From Escherichia coli (lineage in GTDB: Bacteria; Pseudomonadota; Gammaproteobacteria; Enterobacterales; Enterobacteriaceae), in assembly GCF_048403405.1 (NCBI RefSeq), contig NZ_CP183129.1: 64,000 nt of DNA. One strand, written 5' to 3'. Below the pieces are notes generated by a model. The model worked only from the letters and a program-made list of their open reading frames with translations, did not search any database and had not been told where the DNA came from. Shown piece by piece: positions 48,540 to 58,901 of this stretch (positions are counted from its first letter, which is position 1; every line of letters starts with the position of its first letter). The translations under genes and the position numbers were made by a program.

Positions 48540-49736
48540 TTACAGAAATGGTAAAGAAGGCATAACTCCCCGAGAAATACCGGCTAAGAAGCCTTTATCT
48601 GGTTGTTCTTCTTTATTGATTAAAGGAAGGTCATCCAAATCGCCCAGCAAATACGTATTTTTTGCCTGCCAGTCAATCATCCATATTTTCAACAGTGGAT
48701 AAGCCAGACCGCCCGTAATCCCGGATATCACCACCAACGCACACATGCGATAAAGCATACCGTGGTACGTTAAAGTTGAGCGAAAACGAATACGCCCATC
48801 ATTCAGTGACAGGTTGCTCATAAAATGATTTCGCAACGACACCGTTAAATAACTGGTGCTAACAGCAATCCCAAAATAATAAATTAACTGCGCGATTATC
48901 ATTTTACGTTGCATTTCCATAAATTGCTGTAAATTCTCAATATCATCATTTGCATACCCAGAACTATCATACTCATTTAATATTTGTTCGAAGATAATAT
49001 AACCAGCAACAGCGAGAAAAGGTAATAAAGCTAAAAATGCGAGGATGGCATATTTTATACAATACGCAGTATCTAATTTCACCTTGAAACGATGTATACC
49101 GAAACTGGTATTGCTCCAGAGAAAACTCATTACCAGACTATATAAAGTACCATTAAAAATACCAATGGAAACAATACCAACTATTGTCATCAGAACCACA
49201 GATATAATAACGCTACTTGAACTATTGGCATGTAGCATCTTTGTCGAGATAAAGAAAACAGTCCCCATCCCAACGGCCATTAAAATCGGCAAGAAAAAGG
49301 TCACCCACCAGAACCCTTTCATAGAGCAATTAAAACTAAATCTTACGCCGTTGAGACTGGTCATCAAGGCCTGATAACGCAGTCCTTTTGCTGCCATAAA
49401 TATAAGCAAAACCAACAGTGACAAAGTCAAAACACAGCCAACAAGCGGCATATCTGCTGACACTGTCATTAAGATTGCGAAATAGAAAAAAACAAAAACA
49501 AGACAACTAAAAAAAACATTCCCACCGGTAATTCCATAAGAAAATCGTTGTCCGTTAACTTCCATATTAGCATAGAGATAACGCTTACATTTCATTAATG
49601 CCCATGGTAAATAGATACCTAGCGTTATAATCGTTAACAACACATTCACCACACAAATAAGAAAATATCTCTCACCTGTACCATGAAAAACAAACGAATG
49701 GGACGGAACATCCATTTCATTAATAACTTGAGCCAT
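48540..49736 (-). CDS. yjgN: DUF898-family inner membrane protein
   Basis: The start MAQVINEMDVPSH gives 398 aa, as in K-12 YjgN. Polytopic membrane protein. The ORF-track start is 9 codons upstream. Confidence 0.8.
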   Translation of the reverse strand: MAQVINEMDVPSHSFVFHGTGERYFLICVVNVLLTIITLGIYLPWALMKCKRYLYANMEVNGQRFSYGITGGNVFFSCLVFVFFYFAILMTVSADMPLVGCVLTLSLLVLLIFMAAKGLRYQALMTSLNGVRFSFNCSMKGFWWVTFFLPILMAVGMGTVFFISTKMLHANSSSSVIISVVLMTIVGIVSIGIFNGTLYSLVMSFLWSNTSFGIHRFKVKLDTAYCIKYAILAFLALLPFLAVAGYIIFEQILNEYDSSGYANDDIENLQQFMEMQRKMIIAQLIYYFGIAVSTSYLTVSLRNHFMSNLSLNDGRIRFRSTLTYHGMLYRMCALVVISGITGGLAYPLLKIWMIDWQAKNTYLLGDLDDLPLINKEEQPDKGFLAGISRGVMPSLPFL

Positions 49737-49928
49737 AAAAATTCCCTGAATTAAAAAATCCATTGATATAATTTATAGATACAGACAGTAAAATGTTCTG
49801 CCACGTTACAATACTCTTATCAGTAATAGGCTGGCAAAAACTTTATTGCTTTATAAGATGCTTGCGCACGTAAGAAGAGAGTGGTATTAAACAAATGTAT
49901 AATTACTTTATTTTTATTGGGTTAAACT

Positions 49929-50432
49929 ATGAATAACATTGCGCCGCAATCACCTGTAATGCGTCGCCTGACGCTGCAGGATAATCCTGCTATTGCCCGC
50001 GTCATTCGTCAGGTATCCGCCGAATACGGTCTTACCGCTGATAAAGGCTACACCGTCGCCGATCCGAATCTTGACGAGCTGTATCAAGTGTATAGTCAGC
50101 CTGGCCATGCATATTGGGTGGTTGAGTACGAGGGTGAAGTGGTCGGCGGCGGTGGGATTGCGCCATTAACCGGGAGTGAGTCGGACATTTGCGAACTGCA
50201 AAAGATGTATTTTCTTCCGGCTATTCGCGGTAAAGGGCTAGCGAAAAAACTGGCCGTAATGGCGATGGAGCAGGCACGAGAGATGGGCTTCAAACGCTGC
50301 TATCTGGAAACGACCGCTTTTTTAAAGGAAGCCATTGCGCTTTATGAGCATTTGGGCTTTGAGCATATCGACTATGCGCTTGGCTGCACGGGCCATGTCG
50401 ATTGTGAAGTGCGGATGCTACGCGAACTCTAA
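49929..50432 (+). CDS. yjgM: GNAT-family N-acetyltransferase
   Basis: 167 aa. Acetyl-CoA motif RGKGLAKKL. Matches K-12 YjgM. Confidence 0.85.
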   Translation: MNNIAPQSPVMRRLTLQDNPAIARVIRQVSAEYGLTADKGYTVADPNLDELYQVYSQPGHAYWVVEYEGEVVGGGGIAPLTGSESDICELQKMYFLPAIRGKGLAKKLAVMAMEQAREMGFKRCYLETTAFLKEAIALYEHLGFEHIDYALGCTGHVDCEVRMLREL

Positions 50433-50436
50433 AAAA

Positions 50437-50468
50437 ATGCCCGCTAGTATGTGCTATCGGGCATTTTA
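50437..50468. terminator. Bidirectional terminator between yjgM and rraB
   Basis: atgcccg...cgggcat stem flanked by an A-run (50431-50437) and a T-run (50464-50467). Confidence 0.6.
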
Positions 50469-50477
50469 ATCAATTAA

Positions 50478-50894
50478 TTAGTGGCGAACCCCGTCATCGT
50501 CTTCATCGACAAAATCTTCATCGTCGCCATCTTCGCCGTTAGGATCTTCAAAGTAAGTGCCCCAACCGTCGTACTCAACGTCAAATTTCTCCGCCAGCGT
50601 CATCAGTTGTTCAACCTGGGCATCGATCAGATCGGCATTCAACGCGCACTCGCTGAGGATGTCGCAGCAAATCACGATATCACCATCTTCAACTTCCAGC
50701 TCTTCTGGATCGGTCACTTCGTAACCGAGTTTAAACGCTTCAACTGCCGCTTTTTCCAGAGTTTCCAGATCGTCTGCGGAAAGATGGTGTTCGATGGTGT
50801 ACAGCGCGTCCGGATCGCTGCCATCTTCCAGTAATTCTTCAATAATCAAACGTGTTTCTTCACGCTGTTCTTCCAGTTGTTCCGGGTTTGCCAT
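50478..50894 (-). CDS. rraB: RNase E inhibitor RraB
   Basis: 138 aa, highly acidic. Matches K-12 RraB/YjgD. Confidence 0.9.
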
Positions 50895-50991
50895 GGCTCA
50901 TTCCTCTTAATGTCCTGCCGATACTCTTATTGTCACACACCACTGACATTGCCTCCACCTTTGTGATAAAGATTTATGCTTTAGACTTGCA

Positions 50992-51030
50992 AATGAATAA
51001 TCATCCATATAAATTGAATTTTAATTCATT
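50992..51030 (+). promoter_or_regulatory. argI operator: two ARG boxes separated by 3 bp
   Basis: aaTGAATaatcATcCAta (50992-51009) and atTGAATtttaATTCAtt (51013-51030). The recalled consensus is wnTGAATwwwwATTCAnw. The site lies just upstream of argI. Confidence 0.65.
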
Positions 51031-51055
51031 GAGGCGTTAGCCACAGGAGGGATCT

Positions 51056-52060
51056 ATGTCCGGGTTTTATCATAAGCATTTCCTGAAATTACTCGATTTC
51101 ACGCCAGCTGAACTCAACAGCCTGCTGCAGTTAGCCGCGAAGCTGAAAGCCGATAAGAAAAGCGGTAAAGAAGAAGCCAAACTCACTGGTAAAAACATCG
51201 CGCTCATCTTCGAAAAAGACTCGACCCGTACCCGATGCTCTTTCGAAGTTGCCGCATATGACCAGGGTGCTCGCGTTACTTATCTCGGCCCAAGCGGCAG
51301 CCAAATTGGTCATAAAGAGTCGATTAAAGACACTGCCCGCGTGCTTGGTCGCATGTATGACGGTATTCAGTATCGCGGCTATGGTCAGGAGATTGTCGAA
51401 ACACTGGCGGAATACGCTGGCGTGCCGGTATGGAACGGCCTGACCAATGAGTTCCACCCCACTCAGCTGCTGGCGGATCTTCTCACCATGCAGGAGCATT
51501 TGCCCGGCAAAGCGTTCAACGAAATGACGCTGGTCTATGCAGGTGACGCACGTAACAACATGGGCAATTCGATGCTCGAAGCTGCAGCGCTTACCGGTCT
51601 GGATTTGCGTCTGGTCGCGCCACAGGCATGCTGGCCAGAAGCTGCGCTGGTTACGGAATGCCGCGCCCTGGCACAGCAAAATGGCGGGAATATTACGCTA
51701 ACGGAAGATGTAGCCAAGGGAGTAGAAGGTGCTGACTTTATCTATACCGATGTATGGGTGTCGATGGGGGAAGCAAAAGAGAAATGGGCAGAACGGATTG
51801 CATTACTGCGTGATTATCAGGTGAACAGCAAGATGATGCAGTTGACCGGTAACCCGGAGGTCAAATTCCTCCACTGCCTGCCCGCGTTTCATGACGACCA
51901 GACGACGCTTGGTAAGAAAATGGCGGAAGAGTTTGGCCTACATGGCGGAATGGAAGTGACTGATGAGGTCTTCGAATCTGCTGCCAGCATTGTTTTTGAT
52001 CAGGCGGAAAACCGCATGCATACCATCAAAGCGGTGATGGTCGCGACGCTCAGTAAATAA
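51056..52060 (+). CDS. argI: Ornithine carbamoyltransferase chain I
   Basis: 334 aa. The STRTR carbamoyl-phosphate motif and HCLP motif are visible. The position next to rraB is as in K-12 argI. Confidence 0.9.
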
Positions 52061-52076
52061 TTGACATCGCTATAAA

Positions 52077-52109
52077 GATGCCGGGAAATACAAAAAATAT
52101 CCCGGCATC
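52077..52109. terminator. Terminator hairpin between argI and yjgL
   Basis: gatgccggga-(13 nt)-tcccggcatc, with an AT-rich tail. Confidence 0.55.
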
Positions 52110-52117
52110 ATATTATT

Positions 52118-53785
52118 TTATGCAGTGTGAGTTCTATTCTTCCACCCCAATTTTTCTATTACTGTTCGTAAATCTTCCGGAGGATTTAATTTTTCTAACT
52201 GTTCTTTATTAATATATTCATATATATTTATTTTCCCATTCCGGAGGATTTTCATCATTCTTGTTCTAATTTTTAATTCATTCCCCATCTTTTCTTCAAA
52301 AATCTTAACGACATAACCCGGTTGTTTTTTTACAATTTCATTTGTTTTTTCTTCATTACCATAAACATATCCTAACTCATTAAGATACAGCTGTTCGCCC
52401 TCATACTTCTTAAGTAATTGATAGAAGTACCATTTAGCAAAATCAGGTTGCTTCATGAAAAAACCCTTCAAAAAAATATCATTTACTAAAATGCTGACAG
52501 GCACTTCATTAAATAGCAACTTAACATCATCAAATAACCTTAGTATTAATCGTGATTTTTCTTGATTGCTTAAGTTAAAATCATTGACATATGCAACCAA
52601 CTTATCCCAAATCAATTCCTGTAATTTACGGCTATTTTTATAGGGTTCTTTATCGAGATTGAAAAATAAGGTCTCAGCTATTTTAATTTTAGATTGATCG
52701 CAGCTAAAATCTTTAGATTGATCGCGGCTAAAATCAATATGATTTATCACAGAGCATGCATGCTTTATCTTTGCTGAATCACCAATATATTGCATGCTTT
52801 TATTAAAACACCAATCCAGTATTCTTACATCATTAATATATGGGGATTTTAAAAAAGTCTCCAGAATCGAAACGATGACCGGTGCAAGGTTAACTTTTGC
52901 ATCATCTAAGGAATCAATAAGAATATGAGACAGGTTAACTTTGATGTCGTTAATTTCATTGTCAGTAGCTTTTTTATTATTAATAAGATAATTATTTAAT
53001 ACGTTAAGGTCATCTATTTCTTTCAGTATCCCTTTATTACCCAGCAAGTATGAAATCGATTCATTACATACATAAGGCATGAATAGCAGATGTTCTTTCC
53101 TTATTGCTAATAATGCATTATTCAATGGTTTTTCTAATAAATCCGTAATCGTAGAATCAACTGAACCTTTACAACTCACCTGCGAGTTATTTAAGTCATG
53201 AGAATTATTTAACTCCTGCGGAATATTTAATAGACGAGCTATTTCCTTGTTAGCTTCGCGTTGGTAACACGCCAGAATCTTGTTAGTAATCAGGTGTAAT
53301 GAACTCTCATCTTTTCTTTCAAAGGACTTCCCTTCATAACGATTAGTCGAACCATCAGATTGTTGAAATATAATAGCCGTATGTCCTTGACGAGTCCCCA
53401 TAGTAGTGATAGTGGAAAGTGTAATTTCTATTTCCACCTTAGATAAATCCGCTCGTTCCCCTTCAGGATTATTCATAACAAACTTCATTATCTCACTGCC
53501 ATCATTATTTTTGATATAAGATGAGGACTCAATATGAGCCATCATATTTCTTCCCGCTTCATTGGAGCGTTTGCTAAAATCCACATAACCCAGGGTAAAT
53601 ATTTTTACCAAAAACTCCAAAAATGTCTTAGGATCAAGGATATTTCTTGTATTATCCTGCCCCTCGGCATTACGGGCAAAATTATTTATTCCAACACGCC
53701 AGGTATTTAAAACTTCATTTTTTTGTTTAAAATTGTCGGCTAATGTAATGTGTTGAGAATAATTCAAATCTGATATTTTGCTCAT
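52118..53785 (-). CDS. yjgL: YjgL-like protein of unknown function (AT-rich gene containing repeats)
   Basis: 555 aa. The N-terminus MSKISDLNYSQHITLADNFKQK... matches K-12 YjgL from memory. It is shorter than the roughly 604 aa I recall for K-12, with few ELNN-type repeats and an in-frame 24-bp tandem duplication. Confidence 0.75.
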   Translation of the reverse strand: MSKISDLNYSQHITLADNFKQKNEVLNTWRVGINNFARNAEGQDNTRNILDPKTFLEFLVKIFTLGYVDFSKRSNEAGRNMMAHIESSSYIKNNDGSEIMKFVMNNPEGERADLSKVEIEITLSTITTMGTRQGHTAIIFQQSDGSTNRYEGKSFERKDESSLHLITNKILACYQREANKEIARLLNIPQELNNSHDLNNSQVSCKGSVDSTITDLLEKPLNNALLAIRKEHLLFMPYVCNESISYLLGNKGILKEIDDLNVLNNYLINNKKATDNEINDIKVNLSHILIDSLDDAKVNLAPVIVSILETFLKSPYINDVRILDWCFNKSMQYIGDSAKIKHACSVINHIDFSRDQSKDFSCDQSKIKIAETLFFNLDKEPYKNSRKLQELIWDKLVAYVNDFNLSNQEKSRLILRLFDDVKLLFNEVPVSILVNDIFLKGFFMKQPDFAKWYFYQLLKKYEGEQLYLNELGYVYGNEEKTNEIVKKQPGYVVKIFEEKMGNELKIRTRMMKILRNGKINIYEYINKEQLEKLNPPEDLRTVIEKLGWKNRTHTA

Positions 53786-53907
53786 GACGAACTCCTTGAG
53801 TTAATAAGAACGTCTAAGCATTACAAATTTTACTCACAAAAAAATATCAAAAAACGCTCTTTTCACAAACTCGCCGTAAACCTGGAGTTATTTACGGCGA
53901 AAAGTCA

Positions 53908-54372
<465 letters not shown>

Positions 54373-54504
54373 TTAATTAAAACAACGTTTCATTTCTATC
54401 GTTATACGAAAAGATGATCAATTCCGCTAGCCTTAACGCGTGAATTATTGTCTTATCACAACTTATCGGCAGGCGCGTTCCCGCCTTTCGGGTCAAGGCC
54501 CGCA

Positions 54505-55098
54505 TCACTCCTTGAGAATAGTTTTTATCGCTTCCCCCGCCAGCGCAGCTGTTGCACAGAGTTGTTCGATGGAGTGCCCCTCCCGTGCCTTCGCAGAAAG
54601 CCCTGACATCACGGTACTCATAAAATCAGTCACACATTGTGCGCTTTGTGGATGCCGCCTGGCGATATAGTCATAAATGGTCGTTTCTGCGGCGTGATAA
54701 TATTGAACGGCAATATCACGCGCTTGTGGATCATGACAATGAATACCTTCAAGAACCATACAGCCAGCGCAGCCGCCGTTTTGGCTATATCTGCGCGCCG
54801 CTTCTTTTAATACCTCAACCAGGCACTCGCCTACCGGACGATCATCACGAAGAATATCGGCAAGCGGAATAGCTTCCGTACCGACATATTCATTGAGTAC
54901 ACGGCTAAATAACCCAGCCTTACTGCCAAAAGCCGCGTAGAGGCTCGGGGGGTTAATACCAAGATAATCAGTAACTTCAGCAACACTGACAGCATCGAAA
55001 CCTTTTTGGTGAAAAAGCACTTTTGCCGCAGAGACTGCCTGCTCAGGAGCGAAACGTCTGGGACGACCTGGAACGCGAGATTGTTTTTTAGTGACCAT
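54505..55098 (-). CDS. bdcR: TetR-family repressor BdcR (YjgJ)
   Basis: 197 aa with a TetR N-terminal HTH. Divergent from bdcA. Confidence 0.85.
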   Translation of the reverse strand: MVTKKQSRVPGRPRRFAPEQAVSAAKVLFHQKGFDAVSVAEVTDYLGINPPSLYAAFGSKAGLFSRVLNEYVGTEAIPLADILRDDRPVGECLVEVLKEAARRYSQNGGCAGCMVLEGIHCHDPQARDIAVQYYHAAETTIYDYIARRHPQSAQCVTDFMSTVMSGLSAKAREGHSIEQLCATAALAGEAIKTILKE

Positions 55099-55168
55099 TA
55101 CAAAACTTGTTGACAGAAAGTTAAAACAGTTTTGTAATGCATGTTACATAATAAATCAAGGAGTCCTT

Positions 55169-55882
55169 ATGGGCGCTTTTACAGGTAAGACAGTTCTCAT
55201 CCTCGGTGGTAGCCGTGGAATCGGTGCCGCTATCGTACGTCGTTTCGTCACCGATGGGGCCAATGTACGATTCACCTATGCGGGGTCGAAAGATGCCGCT
55301 GAACGCCTGGCACAAGAGACTGGAGCGACAGCAGTATTCACAGATAGTGCTGACAGAGACGCTGTTATTGATGTCGTTCGTAAGAGCGGCGCATTGGATA
55401 TCCTGGTGGTAAATGCAGGTATTGGCGTCTTTGGCGATGCCCTGGAATTAAATGCCGACGATATTGATCGCCTTTTCAAAATCAATATTCATGCTCCTTA
55501 TCATGCCTCTGTTGAAGCCGCCCGGCAGATGCCCGAAGGCGGGCGCATCTTAATCATCGGCTCCGTGAATGGCGATCGTATGCCTGTTGCAGGCATGGCT
55601 GCTTATGCCGCCAGTAAATCTGCCCTGCAAGGCATGGCGCGCGGGCTGGCCCGTGATTTTGGACCGCGAGGGATCACCATTAACGTCGTCCAGCCTGGGC
55701 CAATAGATACCGACGCTAATCCCGCCAACGGGCCAATGCGCGATATGTTGCATGGTTTTATGGCTATCAAAAGACATGGGCAACCGGAAGAGGTCGCTGG
55801 AATGGTCGCATGGTTAGCAGGGCCAGAAGCCAGTTTTGTAACCGGCGCGATGCATACCATTGATGGCGCGTTTGGCGCATAA
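55169..55882 (+). CDS. bdcA: SDR-family c-di-GMP-binding biofilm dispersal protein BdcA (YjgI)
   Basis: The start MGAFTGKTVLILGGSRGIG gives 237 aa, with GGAG upstream. SDR motif YAASKSA. The ORF-track start at 55091 is rejected. Confidence 0.85.
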   Translation: MGAFTGKTVLILGGSRGIGAAIVRRFVTDGANVRFTYAGSKDAAERLAQETGATAVFTDSADRDAVIDVVRKSGALDILVVNAGIGVFGDALELNADDIDRLFKINIHAPYHASVEAARQMPEGGRILIIGSVNGDRMPVAGMAAYAASKSALQGMARGLARDFGPRGITINVVQPGPIDTDANPANGPMRDMLHGFMAIKRHGQPEEVAGMVAWLAGPEASFVTGAMHTIDGAFGA

Positions 55883-56013
55883 GCGACTACGCTCAATTAA
55901 GCCCAGCCATTATCCATGATGTCTGGGTTTTGTTTACTCACGTCGTCCCCCTAAAAGCGGCTCCCGGTAAATATAAATCTTCTGTTCATGTCGTAAATCT
56001 TGAGGATAACCAA

Positions 56014-56409
56014 ATGGTAGAAAGAACTCCTGTTTTCCCTGCTGGCCGACATTCACTGTATGCTGAGCATCGTTATTCTGCGGCTATTCGTTCCGGCGAT
56101 TTGCTGTTTGTTTCCGGGCAAGTAGGAAGTCGAGAGGACGGAACACCAGAACCCGATTTTCAGCAACAAGTCAGACTGGCATTTGATAATTTGCATGCGA
56201 CCCTGGCTGCCGCGGGATGCACTTTTGACGATATCATTGATGTTACGAGCTTTCATACCGATCCAGAAAAACAATTTGAAGACATCATGACGGTGAAAAA
56301 TGAAATATTTAGCGCCCCACCTTATCCAACCTGGACGGCGGTGGGCGTTACATGGCTGGCAGGCTTTGATTTTGAAATTAAAGTGATAGCGCGCATCCCT
56401 GAGCTATAA
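56014..56409 (+). CDS. yjgH: RidA/YjgF-family protein YjgH
   Basis: The start MVERTPVFPAGRH gives 131 aa, as in K-12 YjgH. Confidence 0.85.
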   Translation: MVERTPVFPAGRHSLYAEHRYSAAIRSGDLLFVSGQVGSREDGTPEPDFQQQVRLAFDNLHATLAAAGCTFDDIIDVTSFHTDPEKQFEDIMTVKNEIFSAPPYPTWTAVGVTWLAGFDFEIKVIARIPEL

Positions 56410-56689
56410 GCAATAGTGTTAGCCGTTCGTTTTCACCCTCCGCCCTATAAGTCGGATGAATGGAATAAAATGCATTTCTGATTGCGTGAAAATGAAAAAG
56501 AAAAAAGCAGGAAATGTCTGCAATTATTGATACCGAACGACACTTCCCCTCCAGAATCATAGAAAATAAAAATGCATATAGTTTGACTTTTAATTCAAAT
56601 AAACCGTTTGCGCCGACAAAATATTGCATCAAATGCTTGCGCTGCTTCTGACGATGAGTATAATGCCGGACAATTTGCCGGGAGGATGT

Positions 56690-56824
56690 ATGGTTCAGTG
56701 TGTTCGACATTTTGTCTTACCGCGTCTGAAAAAAGACGCTGGCCTGCCGTTTTTCTTCCCGTTGATCACCCATTCCCAGCCCCTCAATCGAGGGGCTTTT
56801 TTTTGCCCAGGCGTCAGGAGATAA
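56690..56824 (+). CDS. pyrL: pyrBI operon leader peptide
   Basis: 44 codons: MVQCVRHFVLPRLKKDAGLPFFFPLITHSQPLNRGAFFCPGVRR. The gene spans the attenuator hairpin and ends 3 nt before pyrB. Confidence 0.85.
   Translation: MVQCVRHFVLPRLKKDAGLPFFFPLITHSQPLNRGAFFCPGVRR
56778..56804 (+). terminator. pyrBI attenuator (UTP-sensitive intrinsic terminator)
   Basis: agcccctc-aatc-gaggggct followed by T8, inside pyrL. Confidence 0.85.
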
Positions 56825-56827
56825 AAG

Positions 56828-57763
56828 ATGGCTAATCCGCTATATCAGAAACATATCATTTCCATAAACGACCTTAGTCGCGATGACCTTAATCTGGTGC
56901 TGGCGACAGCGGCGAAACTGAAAGCAAACCCGCAACCAGAGCTGTTGAAGCACAAAGTCATTGCCAGCTGTTTCTTCGAAGCCTCTACCCGTACCCGCCT
57001 CTCTTTCGAAACTTCCATGCACCGCCTGGGTGCCAGCGTGGTGGGCTTCTCCGACAGCGCCAATACATCACTGGGTAAAAAAGGCGAAACGCTGGCCGAT
57101 ACCATTTCGGTTATCAGCACTTACGTCGATGCGATAGTGATGCGTCATCCGCAGGAAGGGGCGGCGCGCCTGGCCACCGAATTTTCTGGCAATGTACCGG
57201 TACTGAATGCCGGTGATGGCTCCAACCAACATCCGACGCAAACCTTGCTGGACTTATTCACCATTCAGGAAACCCAGGGGCGTCTGGACAATCTCCACGT
57301 CGCAATGGTTGGTGACCTGAAATATGGCCGCACCGTTCACTCCCTGACTCAGGCGTTAGCGAAGTTCGACGGCAACCGTTTTTACTTCATCGCGCCGGAC
57401 GCGCTGGCAATGCCGCAATACATCCTTGATATGCTCGATGAAAAAGGGATCGCCTGGAGTCTGCACAGCTCTATTGAAGAAGTGATGGCGGAAGTAGACA
57501 TCCTGTACATGACCCGCGTGCAAAAAGAGCGTCTGGACCCGTCCGAGTACGCCAACGTGAAAGCGCAGTTTGTTCTTCGCGCCAGCGATCTTCACAACGC
57601 CAAAGCCAATATGAAAGTGCTGCATCCGCTGCCGCGTGTTGATGAGATTGCGACGGATGTTGATAAAACGCCACACGCCTGGTACTTCCAGCAGGCAGGC
57701 AACGGGATTTTCGCTCGCCAGGCGTTACTGGCACTGGTTCTGAATCGCGATCTGGTACTGTAA
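56828..57763 (+). CDS. pyrB: Aspartate carbamoyltransferase catalytic chain
   Basis: 311 aa. The STRTR and HPLPR motifs are visible. Confidence 0.95.
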
Positions 57764-57775
57764 GGGGGAATAGAG

Positions 57776-58237
57776 ATGACACACGATAATAAATTGCAGG
57801 TTGAAGCTATTAAACGCGGCACGGTAATTGACCATATCCCCGCCCAGATCGGTTTTAAGCTGTTGAGTTTGTTCAAGCTGACCGAAACGGATCAGCGCAT
57901 CACCATTGGTCTGAACCTGCCTTCTGGCGAGATGGGCCGCAAAGATCTGATCAAAATCGAAAATACCTTTTTGAGTGAAGATCAAGTAGACCAACTGGCA
58001 TTGTATGCACCGCAAGCCACGGTTAACCGTATCGACAACTATGAAGTGGTTGGCAAATCGCGCCCCAGTCTGCCGGAGCGCATCGACAATGTGCTGGTCT
58101 GCCCGAACAGCAACTGTATCAGCCATGCCGAACCGGTTTCTTCCAGCTTTGCCGTGCGAAAACGCGCCAATGACATCGCGCTCAAATGCAAATACTGTGA
58201 AAAAGAGTTTTCCCATAATGTGGTGCTGGCCAATTAA
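57776..58237 (+). CDS. pyrI: Aspartate carbamoyltransferase regulatory chain
   Basis: 153 aa. The C-terminal zinc cluster CPNSNCISH...CKYCEKEF is visible. Confidence 0.95.
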
Positions 58238-58309
58238 TTGCGGTTGGTAATAAAAGTCTGGCTCCCTATAATGAGCCAGACTTTTTACCGCTGTAATAAA
58301 GGAGAAATC

Positions 58310-58696
58310 ATGAGCAAAACTATCGCGACGGAAAATGCACCGGCAGCTATCGGTCCTTACGTACAGGGCGTTGATCTGGGCAATATGATCATCACCTCCG
58401 GTCAGATCCCGGTAAATCCGAAAACGGGCGAAGTACCGGCAGACGTCGCTGCACAGGCTCGTCAGTCGCTGGATAACGTAAAAGCGATCGTCGAAGCCGC
58501 AGGCCTGAAAGTGGGCGACATCGTTAAAACCACCGTGTTTGTGAAAGATCTGAACGACTTCGCAACCGTTAATGCTACCTACGAAGCCTTCTTCACCGAA
58601 CACAACGCCACCTTCCCGGCACGTTCTTGCGTTGAAGTTGCCCGTCTGCCGAAAGACGTGAAGATTGAGATCGAAGCGATCGCTGTTCGTCGCTAA
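58310..58696 (+). CDS. ridA: Enamine/imine deaminase RidA (YjgF)
   Basis: The start MSKTIATENAPAAIGPYVQG gives 128 aa, with GGAG upstream. The ORF-track extension is rejected. Confidence 0.9.
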   Translation: MSKTIATENAPAAIGPYVQGVDLGNMIITSGQIPVNPKTGEVPADVAAQARQSLDNVKAIVEAAGLKVGDIVKTTVFVKDLNDFATVNATYEAFFTEHNATFPARSCVEVARLPKDVKIEIEAIAVRR

Positions 58697-58706
58697 TCTT
58701 GATGGA

Positions 58707-58730
58707 AATCCGGGCTATCATGCCCGGATT
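58707..58730 (+). terminator. Hairpin after ridA
   Basis: aatccgggc-tatcat-gcccggatt. A degenerate second copy (aatccgggccaccatgcccag) lies at about 58871-58891. Confidence 0.45.
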
Positions 58731-58754
58731 AAGTCTGATGACAAACGCAAAATC

Positions 58755-58843
58755 GCCTGATGCGCTACGCTTATCAGGCCTACGTGATTCCTGCAATTTA
58801 TTGAATTTGTAGGCCGGATTGGGCGTTTACGCCGCATCCGGCA
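58755..58843. repeat. REP/BIME element (two inverted REP units)
   Basis: gcctgatgcgctacgcttatcaggcctac and gtaggccggattgggcgtttacgccgcatccggca are classic E. coli REP sequences in opposite orientation. Confidence 0.8.
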
Positions 58844-58901
58844 TGAACAAAGCTCACTTTGTCTGCAATCTGAATCCGGGCCACCATGCCCAGTTTATTC
58901 T

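Noticed and set aside
56624-56824. 66-aa ORF upstream of pyrB
   Set aside because: The real product is the 44-codon pyrL leader starting at 56690. The 22-codon N-terminal extension is not supported.
57725-58603. 292-aa ORF on the minus strand
   Set aside because: It runs antisense across the pyrB end, pyrI, the pyrI-ridA spacer and ridA. A real gene would not ignore those boundaries, and it has no recognisable motifs.
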